From contig OZ223236.1 in NCBI GenBank assembly GCA_965140445.1, positions 928,001-992,000 on the forward strand: a stretch of DNA of 64,000 nucleotides, given 5' to 3'. Source of the DNA: Candidatus Ozemobacteraceae bacterium. GTDB lineage: Bacteria; Muiribacteriota; Ozemobacteria; Ozemobacterales; Ozemobacteraceae. This document shows positions 29,201-35,537 of this stretch, piece after piece. The notes beneath the pieces were generated by a model. That model saw only the letters and a program-made list of their open reading frames with translations, ran no database searches and was not told where the DNA came from. The position numbers and the translations under genes are program-made. The number at the start of each line of letters is the position of its first letter. The first letter of the stretch is position 1.

Positions 29201-31159
29201 ATTGGTGGTGTTCTGAAGCATGCTACAGTAGCAAGTGCAACAATGAATCCTGGCGATGCAGTTATAGCTCTTTATCCTGTGGTTGCTTCTGGAACAGAAT
29301 TTGTTCTTTCTAACACTCCTTTCCCAGCAGCTTTAACAAGCCCTGTTGAAGGTAAGTGGTTTATTAAGAACGTTCCACAAGGAACTTATAGAATAAAAGC
29401 AATTACCAAAAAGTATGGAACCCAGTTCTTCAAAAAAGTTATAACCATTGGAGCAACTCCAGTTGTTGAGCCTTTACTTCTCGGAACCAGTGTTAAGAGA
29501 ATGTATGGTAAAGTTGTAGTGAAAAATGCAACTTCAACAGCTGTCGTTGGTGCTAAGGTTTCGTTGAATGAAAAGCTCTTTACTTCTACTGACAAGGATG
29601 GAGTCTTCTCTTTCTATCTTCCAGTTGGCGAACACATTGTTCCTCTTGTAAAGGTTTCAAAACCTGCTTTTGAAACTAGAAAGATTCAGGAATTTGCAAC
29701 TGTCGCCAGCACAGGAGTTGTTATTAGTGAAGATGTTGACCTGGGAACCATTGAGCTTTCTAACGCTGTTGGCAAATTTGAAGCGACAGTTGTTGGAAAT
29801 ACTGATGGAAAACCGAAAGTTGGAGCAGAAGTTGCTCTAATATATAAAGAGGATCCAACATCTCTCCTCTGGACTGTAGCTGATCGTAAATATGCTGATG
29901 AAAATGGCTTTGTTAAATTTACAACTGTACCAACAGGAAGAGAAGTAACCTTTAGAGCTAGAGCTCACTATCACCAGCCTCTAATTTACACTCTTTCTGC
30001 TACAGAGAATAACGGGAATGCTACGGCTTCTTTGAAGCTTGTAGAAGCTGCTCCTAAAGTATTCTTTACTGGTAGAGTTGAAGAATTGTCACCTGCTTCT
30101 TACACTCTCAAAGCAAGTTTCGACTTCAATAGAGTTGTGACAAAAGCTGATCTGGCTCTGTATATTGATGAAGTTAGTCGCCTTGGCGATTGTACTTTCC
30201 CTGATGACATTGGTGGAAGAATTACCAATATGTTGTTCAACAATGAAATTCCTAAGAAAGATGAAGTGATTGCTTCAGTTACCTATTCTACCTTTGGAAG
30301 AATTGGATTGTTCAACGTTGTTGGTGGTGCTTTGTTCCGTAAGGAATTTGAAGTAGATCCTCTTTCTGCCAATGGTTTCACAGGCCGTCAGACAGACTCA
30401 AATGGAAACAAGTTGCCAGTAGGTCTTAATGTTCCTGCCGGATACCTTGATCCTACGGTTAACTCATTCCAGATCGTTGTAGAGGACGCTTCTGGAACTG
30501 CAAGTCTTGGTAGTGAACAAGGCGACCCTGCAGAGTTTTCTGGCCCGGCATTTGAATTTACTTTTGGAAATTCAAACTTTGCAGCTGGTACTGCTTCTCA
30601 AACACAAGGTTTGTTTGAAGTAACAATCCAGTATCTTGCAGGTCAGAAACTTGAGCCTAGATGGTATGACGAAAACAGCAAAACCTGGTCGAAAGTTGGT
30701 ATCATTGCAGATTCTGTTAAATGGGATTACCCATCAACAGGATATGTAACATTCAAAGTTAGCCATCTTACCAAGTTTGCTGTTCTCAAGAATGTTCAGA
30801 CTGCAGCTTCTAGCATGAGAAGTGATTTTGATGGCGATGGCGCTGTTGCGTTAAATGACGTTGTATATCTTCTTGCTTGGTATCAAACAGGAAAATCAAC
30901 AGACAAAACAGCAATTGCTAATCGCGCAAAAGAAATCCTTGCTTCTGCCGCTGGACCGGTTGTTAACGTTCCTGCTGATATAACAGACGATGTTAATGGC
31001 GATGGTAAAGCAGATCTTAACGATATCGTATTGACTCTTGCCTGGTATCAGGCTGGTAAATCAAACGATGCAACTGTTGTTAAGAGTCGCGCATCTGAAA
31101 TTCTAAGCTCAGTAACTGGAACTGTAACAAGTTTCCCTGGCGAAAAAGTTAATCGCTAG
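23279..31159 (+). CDS. 2626-aa exported protein: many carboxypeptidase-regulatory-like beta-sandwich domains, GAIN/ZU5-like segment, C-terminal dockerin-like domain
   Basis: AGGAGG RBS and Sec signal peptide. Recurrent G.V.D.NG.P....V....TD..G.F units. VTFKVSHLTKFAVL, then DFDGDGAVALND and DVNGDGKADLND Ca-binding-type loops. Confidence 0.88.
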   Translation: MSEIRSQKSRFLAAFFAICLLLPVAGFCAANFSVTVRNPQGNPLSGAQVYAWDYNNLFNKVGPVTTNSQGIATFSLTIAQTADSTSSPKPNIGFLAVPDNAAGNTNYAFGREEVLFYDLWGGSIAPPVDMQLEEGSLVSLMPKKDGAVGLVSQMEISVPGVPYQVKTIIVGGSEISVATPSYNIYWPKMTQLNVSLRGDGNYSDTYKPEYYLWKGFSFKIEDQASSSFVLDHMKETKGQIAFNLSLPSEGAMVYYDNGGSLGFNNFRTFVGSTTLYVPLGLYNFKVVPSNNYAINVFPQQLVTSALQTVDVNLGDGYAVTGAVNLGTAGNKGALANVKVLAEVKVSLGGYDSWIQVEQANPSSTDGSFSFAHKFAPGNYRLRTTYIAYTNTSSYGVVDTYSTPWGCYRHATTPEFTVAASNITQNITMPQATAFMATVKDAANNPLPMVNSVAPVMFGFMPKAGQEYGTAISSYNISYNTTTGVAFAPFIGEGNLATRLDMQDVPNNKVFQKVFAPFAIQPNVTNVSSYTIDPNNFVTATGSVFIGNASEPFGGMGTINVSPVVPGTTVSSNNVFNPYGTYGAQHQDLNGTPVYAFQLEKGASYAVNVKEQSNYNNGADEFAGLIGFVPLNTIINVPANQTEPYTLNAPVALGGNFNGQLLIDGQIVTNESVGIAVENIPDEDYSSWSWKFRRVGVASPTFQVSGLQTGRYKIGVNLDGIRTDAPVYGVQQNPLIAREIFIDAMNPPAEPVKLNLNTGLIGYAQGMVMDDNGQPVEGLKIEITQAEEVDPMMAADPYYQPMKGTPVFYCSTNAQGEIVRGGTSNQNFIPLEAGDYAMYIVGIASEPVGYKFGVEAYRPVASFKVFPNQEITPVFAQIDRKYPVSGRITENGTPLAFLNFQVLNPNGENLGWGYTDENGDYQIPDGIPGGDVQLGIVVEKDGARRFYHVWRTLQSGQANVMNIELDPSTLISLQIKTKDSAGNPLGRAGGNLFLLSEPEKGLRAKHWYLTWMESGDEGNLSLQVPPPPEAGYGYALVSQDKWMDEQINKPDGSTQIVTKNFAAPPITILDLAATAPIELVWKIPAKVTVNASNIPTGKAGKYLGALLPYETFLKGPVMDMHQYTSTTGDPYGNESSGPVYAIYDGSKFTFDNVRPGKEYVFMCYETMAYLMPEDVMWANEFSWKAIFRHISSKFMVDSDELTINETFRSLANVVITATPSASLIMEPSDVVMEYSDDPMQTAGKIGWPVINKGYEWSPGGDAYIGFPLQVPENYAYRIGFSPANSSDPEAKMFLPKSDEDVRFVASETAQMPATYTIRLKAMAKISGQFQYDSAMSEGIVAMFPQGADLSDENFQPYETNAMDGMYEMFLPQGFFMGYAIPFTGGAPGFINVSIAPETQQTTLNINVRRGVAVHGAVVTKDEAGNDVPVFDASIAVMRKASDRSDLMDGQQFIPYPVMQADNIFYCDPEGGFFFEVEDGVDYYLQAIVPAGFRPMQPLKVSVDGITSVPAEGFKLTVAEGGEIWGSVNIPAFVEAEAFGSNSVQSQFGKEGKFYADASRVDPVTQRYEFKLRGLDRNMVYDIKIIPMDPSKAVKHVSQVPVTQTPSANKIMADLGDGYRVVGQLVDENGLPLAIKDVTVNLAMTLGMQNYDAIATPTTVTNKIFRTTQSIRAQDLGTDPTEYDLGDVMLEGLWARTDSYGQFEFKNVPEFLTAFVKTDNPFTLNGIGYARGKTDNFVASFTSNRIMEVPVIIPMGGKIIGRLNDENGQPIKQGMVDAGFGDFWADTKVDSNGNFELKGLIPAPNYMLNVQEVPGRAPIMRLGIPVEAGSTTNVGAITVAKAVAVNATAENLQPIASAAFGFGIPEGLGLSAIALDGKIAITDQDLLGGNYMEFITGENELYWNSFEVPASLPMVLFTVPGANSFGMVLHKEDLDGNQTLVTWSWKPGVVVPTEEQLGTGTFTVPGALNCPTLFGSIGGVLKHATVASATMNPGDAVIALYPVVASGTEFVLSNTPFPAALTSPVEGKWFIKNVPQGTYRIKAITKKYGTQFFKKVITIGATPVVEPLLLGTSVKRMYGKVVVKNATSTAVVGAKVSLNEKLFTSTDKDGVFSFYLPVGEHIVPLVKVSKPAFETRKIQEFATVASTGVVISEDVDLGTIELSNAVGKFEATVVGNTDGKPKVGAEVALIYKEDPTSLLWTVADRKYADENGFVKFTTVPTGREVTFRARAHYHQPLIYTLSATENNGNATASLKLVEAAPKVFFTGRVEELSPASYTLKASFDFNRVVTKADLALYIDEVSRLGDCTFPDDIGGRITNMLFNNEIPKKDEVIASVTYSTFGRIGLFNVVGGALFRKEFEVDPLSANGFTGRQTDSNGNKLPVGLNVPAGYLDPTVNSFQIVVEDASGTASLGSEQGDPAEFSGPAFEFTFGNSNFAAGTASQTQGLFEVTIQYLAGQKLEPRWYDENSKTWSKVGIIADSVKWDYPSTGYVTFKVSHLTKFAVLKNVQTAASSMRSDFDGDGAVALNDVVYLLAWYQTGKSTDKTAIANRAKEILASAAGPVVNVPADITDDVNGDGKADLNDIVLTLAWYQAGKSNDATVVKSRASEILSSVTGTVTSFPGEKVNR

Positions 31160-31174
31160 GATTTAAGTAAAATC

Positions 31175-31203
31175 AAGGGCCGGGAAACCGGCCCTTTTTT
31201 TTT
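31175..31203 (+). terminator. Intrinsic terminator
   Basis: AAGGGCCGG-GAAA-CCGGCCCTT followed by a T-run. Confidence 0.9.
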
Positions 31204-31400
31204 CTTTCAATATGGTTAAAAAATTTTTTAAGTAAAAGAATAATTACCTGGATTTTATGCAACATAAATAAGAAACCTATGATTACGAAGTTTGTTAAGG
31301 GCAGATTTTTTAGAGAGCTTTAGTCTGCTAAAAAAAAATTGACAGAATGTACGAATTAAGCTAAATTGGTTGGCAAGATTTTATGCCTTGGAGGATATTT

Positions 31401-32702
31401 GTGAAGAAATTTTTCTCACTGACACTTGTTATTTTTCTTATGGTTGGAGTAATTTCTCTTGTTGGTTGTAACGGACTTTGGGATTTTGATAATGATGATG
31501 ATGCAGTATCAAGAATCAGTTTTAATTTCCCAGCTCAGGTTAGCCTTAATAACGCAAGCTCAACTCTTCTTGCAGCAGTTTCCAATTTTGGAACTAACCT
31601 GATTTGTCAGGTATATCAGCAGTCTTCTTCTGCTGCTGTTGCTGACACTCTTATTGCTGATGATATACCTGTAAGCGCTTCTGGAACTGTAACAGTTTCT
31701 TTCCAGGGCTTCAGTGGTTCATACTACCTCAAGATTATTAATAAAAATCAGAAGACCAACCCTCTTTTCGTTCTTTATACCTATCTTGGAACTTTGGGCT
31801 CAAACCCAACAGTTACAAAAACTGTAAACGAAACTACAACAGCTGTTGGTCTTGTTATTCAGACTGCAAAATCTAATGGTTCTATTGTTAATTACGGAAC
31901 TGATATTACTGAAACTTCTACTGGAATTAGCGCTATTGCTTCCAGTGCTGAAACAGCTCTTACAAATGGAACAAGCGTTGCTTCTGTTGCTGCGACTGTA
32001 GCTCCTACTTCGATTACAGTTTCAAAATCAACTCTTGGTTTGACTGTTGGTGGAACAAGCACTCTTACAGTTACTTTTACTCCTTCGTATACTACTAATC
32101 AGAAAGTAACATGGACTTCAAGTGCACCAACTGTTGCTACAGTAACTAATGGACTTGTAACAGCTCTCACAGCTGGAACTGCTAATATCATAGTAACTTC
32201 TGTTGCTGATACTACAAAAACAGCTACTTGTGTTGTGACTTCAACTGCAGCTGCAACAAGCACAAGCACTTCAACAAGCACTAGTACTTCAACAAGCACC
32301 AGTACTTCAACAAGCACTAGCACTTCAACAAGCACCAGTACTTCAACTAGTACTAGCACTTCAACAAGCACTAGCACTTCAACAAGCACTGCCAAGACAG
32401 CTATCACTTTTGACAAAAATGTTACTGGTTTGAATATTTCTGATCTTCAGATTCATATTACTGGTGTAGATGCTGCTTTCACAACTACTACTACAGTAAC
32501 TGCTGGTTCTGCTAGAACTATTGAAAAATCAGCTTCATTGACAACCAGCAAAGGTCATCTTGTTCTTACTTTTAACGGCCTTGCTTTCGACACAATTTCT
32601 GATTTCCAGGGACTTACTTTCACCACTGCTATTACAGGTGGCGCAGTAGTAACTATTCAGAAACCAGACGGAACTGTTCTTGCTACAAGCAACAACTTAT
32701 AA
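31401..32702 (+). CDS. Lipoprotein with Big_2 Ig-like domain, (Thr-Ser)n linker and ~100-aa beta-rich C-terminal domain
   Basis: GTG after GGAGGA; lipobox LVG-C. PTSITVSKSTLGLTVGGTSTLTVTFTP..NQKVTWTSSAPTVATV is typical of Big_2. Confidence 0.85.
   Translation: MKKFFSLTLVIFLMVGVISLVGCNGLWDFDNDDDAVSRISFNFPAQVSLNNASSTLLAAVSNFGTNLICQVYQQSSSAAVADTLIADDIPVSASGTVTVSFQGFSGSYYLKIINKNQKTNPLFVLYTYLGTLGSNPTVTKTVNETTTAVGLVIQTAKSNGSIVNYGTDITETSTGISAIASSAETALTNGTSVASVAATVAPTSITVSKSTLGLTVGGTSTLTVTFTPSYTTNQKVTWTSSAPTVATVTNGLVTALTAGTANIIVTSVADTTKTATCVVTSTAAATSTSTSTSTSTSTSTSTSTSTSTSTSTSTSTSTSTSTSTSTSTSTAKTAITFDKNVTGLNISDLQIHITGVDAAFTTTTTVTAGSARTIEKSASLTTSKGHLVLTFNGLAFDTISDFQGLTFTTAITGGAVVTIQKPDGTVLATSNNL
32256..32390 (+). 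repeat. Coding tandem repeat, T(ST)22, ~18-bp DNA period
   Basis: Units similar to ACTTCAACAAGCACTAGC over 135 bp. Confidence 0.95.
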
Positions 32703-32711
32703 TTGATTCTT

Positions 32712-32743
32712 AAAGGCCGAACCCTTTGCGGTTCGGCCTTTTT
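32712..32743 (+). terminator. Terminator-like or stabilising hairpin
   Basis: AAAGGCCGAACC-CTTTGC-GGTTCGGCCTTTTT. Confidence 0.8.
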
Positions 32744-32762
32744 CCGACTTTTAGGAGGTATA

Positions 32763-33212
32763 ATGCGTAACTCTTTAAGAATGCTGGCAATTGTCGTTTT
32801 GGCAATTTCCCTGACTTGCCCAGCTTTTGCTGTAAAGGTCGGAGATTTTGATGGTGACAGCTCAGTTGGTTTAAATGATATTGTGTATATGTTAGGTTGG
32901 TATCAGACTGGAAAGTCTACGGACGCAACGGCTGTTGTTAATAGAGCTAAAGAGATCTTGTCTTCTGCTTCTGGTCCATTGACCAGACTCCCTGATAATA
33001 CTTCTGATGACCTTTCTGAGAGCGGTGTTGGTTTGGATGATATAGTTTTGATGCTTGCATGGTATCAAACTGGTAAATCTACAGACTCTTCTGCTGTAGA
33101 AAGTAGAGCGAAAGAAATTCTTTCCTCTGTTAATTATCTTTCAAAGTTTCCAGAAATGGATATAGGTTCCTCAACAGTCCCTATAACAATCACAGGAATC
33201 CAGACAAACTGA
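32763..33212 (+). CDS. Small exported stand-alone dockerin-like protein (149 aa)
   Basis: AGGAGGT RBS, signal peptide ending AFA, then two 55-aa repeats closely matching the C-terminus of the 2626-aa protein. Confidence 0.85.
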   Translation: MRNSLRMLAIVVLAISLTCPAFAVKVGDFDGDSSVGLNDIVYMLGWYQTGKSTDATAVVNRAKEILSSASGPLTRLPDNTSDDLSESGVGLDDIVLMLAWYQTGKSTDSSAVESRAKEILSSVNYLSKFPEMDIGSSTVPITITGIQTN

Positions 33213-33237
33213 TTGAACTAGTTAAAATTGAACTTTC

Positions 33238-33268
33238 AAAAGAGAGTGGATATCCACTCTCTTTTTTT
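33238..33268 (+). terminator. Perfect 28-bp palindrome, intrinsic terminator
   Basis: AAAAGAGAGTGGATATCCACTCTCTTTT followed by further Ts. Confidence 0.85.
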
Positions 33269-33327
33269 ATTCCAAAATTCATAAAACTTTGTATTATTAA
33301 AGAAAAGATAGATTTAGGGAGCGCTAT

Positions 33328-35415
33328 ATGAAAAGGTTGGTTGCTGCTATTGGGTTATTAACATTAATTCTTACTGGTTGTTTTAATCAGTCATCTCAAA
33401 CGCTCTCTGTGAATGGGATTTCAGAAACTGAAGCGGTTACAAAAGTTAGTTTCCAAATCGAAAACGGCTCTTTCGGACTTGCAAATTTGCGAGCTCAAAC
33501 TACATCAACCCCAGAGGTCTGGCTTGAATTAAAGCTAATTAATCCTGGCAGTATATCTTCGCCTTACTCTCTTCTTAAAAAGAAGGCCACGGTTACCGAA
33601 ACTTCAGGAAAATATGCTGCTACGGTCCAGTTTACTGAAGTTCCTGCCAAGCCTTCGTTAGCTCGTCTTAGTGTTGTTGGTGGCTATCTTGTTGATTCAT
33701 CTAGTGGAAATCAGGTTAGCACATGGACTGGAGCGTTAGACCTGGTTGGTGGTATTTCAAATACAATTTCTTTGTATCCCGAAGGCGGAAAGAGTTTGTC
33801 AGATGTCACAGTAAATGTGGTAGAGGAGTTAATAAAAACAACCGCTAATGTTGCGACTTTTCCGTATGATCTGATTACCAGGGTTAATTCTTCAGTTGCT
33901 ACAGTGAATTTAAATTCTGTAACTGTTTATTCTGACGCTTTAAATGCATTTGTAGCCACAAATGGTCTAAGTTCTCAGCCATCAGATGCTGAATTTGATG
34001 CTCCAGCAGGATATACATCTGTAGCCTTTCCTAAGAGCGGTTCATCAGTTAGTTTAACCATACCGGATTTTAAATCTGGATCAATTGTATATCTAGCTTT
34101 TATTAATCGCACTTCTTCTTCGCTGGCCCCTTCATGGAGCGCATCTCTTGGGTCGCCAGCTTCTATTCGGGCCAATTTGAAAGCTAATACAAGTTTTGCA
34201 GACAATAGCCCTTTAAACAACAGTCAGAAATTGCATAAAATGATTCGAGATCTAGAAAAGCGCCTTCCGAGATTGGTTCAAAATGAGCCCTCAAGTCTAA
34301 AAGGCTCATTGAGAGCTGACGCTATTGGAACTGCAAAATCCTTTTATTACTTTGATGCCAATAATACAAATCTGACTTTAACGGCAAAGTGTGTCAAGGT
34401 TGTGTCTATAGCAGGTACTAATAAACTGGTTAATTTTTATCTTGATACTGATTTAAATGAATCAGATTCCAATGCTCAAACGATCTTAAATGGACTTGCG
34501 GACCGCTGGGCCAGCATCTATACAACGAATCGAAATATTTTTGGGGCAGAGCCTGAAGGAATCGTTAACAGCATTGATGCGACTAATTTTACTATTTTAA
34601 TAAGTAAAAAAATTGGATCGGCAGGGTATTTCTACACTGGCGATCTTTATACTGAAGCAACAGCAGTTTATAGTGGTTTCCATTCAAACGAACGTAAGAT
34701 GTTCTACTTGCAATATCCAGCAAGTATTTCTGATGTAAACAAAGATATTGAAGATATGGCAAGCACAATGGCTCATGAATTTCAGCACATGATCTACTTT
34801 AAGCAGAAGACTGGGTTGAATACCGCTGATTGGCTGAATGAAGCAATGGCTGGTTATGCTGAGTATGTGAATTATTTTAGAATCGAAAATCAAAAGAATC
34901 AATCTAAAGCTCTTCAAGTAAATCGATTTTTTGCTAACCTTGGATCAACAAATTTAACCAATTGGCAAGGCTCTCACGAAAATTATGGAGAAGTTTACTT
35001 ATTTGGTGTCTGGCTTGGTCAAAACTATGGTTCTTCCGGAGTTGTTCAAAATCTGCTTTCATCAAGCTTGACTGGAACTGCTGCTGTTGCTGCTTTTACA
35101 GGTGGCACTTTTGATGCAGCTTTTTCAAAATTCATGCTTGCCTTGCAGCTTAATAACTCAAATGGTGGAGTCTATGGCATTCAAGGGCTGGATTTAACTG
35201 GAACCTATTCTTTTGGCACAGGATGGGCCCCTGTGACTCTTACTGGAGTAAAAACTTCTAACTATTCTACCTGGCTGGGAAGTAATAGCGGTACTATCGT
35301 TGTCGGTGGTTATTCAGCCGGATACGTAAAATTGAGCGGTGGAAATGGTGGAACGCTAACCATTAACGCCAATTTACCAACGGGAGTTTCTCTATACCAA
35401 CTTAAATACTATTAA
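33328..35415 (+). CDS. Lipoprotein zinc metallopeptidase (M30/hyicolysin-like gluzincin)
   Basis: Lipobox LTG-C; AGYFY..DL; STMAHEFQHMI; WLNEAMAGYAE. Confidence 0.8.
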   Translation: MKRLVAAIGLLTLILTGCFNQSSQTLSVNGISETEAVTKVSFQIENGSFGLANLRAQTTSTPEVWLELKLINPGSISSPYSLLKKKATVTETSGKYAATVQFTEVPAKPSLARLSVVGGYLVDSSSGNQVSTWTGALDLVGGISNTISLYPEGGKSLSDVTVNVVEELIKTTANVATFPYDLITRVNSSVATVNLNSVTVYSDALNAFVATNGLSSQPSDAEFDAPAGYTSVAFPKSGSSVSLTIPDFKSGSIVYLAFINRTSSSLAPSWSASLGSPASIRANLKANTSFADNSPLNNSQKLHKMIRDLEKRLPRLVQNEPSSLKGSLRADAIGTAKSFYYFDANNTNLTLTAKCVKVVSIAGTNKLVNFYLDTDLNESDSNAQTILNGLADRWASIYTTNRNIFGAEPEGIVNSIDATNFTILISKKIGSAGYFYTGDLYTEATAVYSGFHSNERKMFYLQYPASISDVNKDIEDMASTMAHEFQHMIYFKQKTGLNTADWLNEAMAGYAEYVNYFRIENQKNQSKALQVNRFFANLGSTNLTNWQGSHENYGEVYLFGVWLGQNYGSSGVVQNLLSSSLTGTAAVAAFTGGTFDAAFSKFMLALQLNNSNGGVYGIQGLDLTGTYSFGTGWAPVTLTGVKTSNYSTWLGSNSGTIVVGGYSAGYVKLSGGNGGTLTINANLPTGVSLYQLKYY

Positions 35416-35537
35416 AATAAATTGGCTTTGAAATTTGTGTCGGTAGTATTTATTTACTTTTATTAGTGCTATTATTTTTTTAGAATTGTACGCCTTCAAA
35501 CTTTTTGGCTTGGAATCTGACTTGTCGGAGAGATTAA

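Noticed and set aside
32099..32416. Poly(VLVEVL) hydrophobic ORF
   Set aside because: Antisense reading of the Thr-Ser linker.
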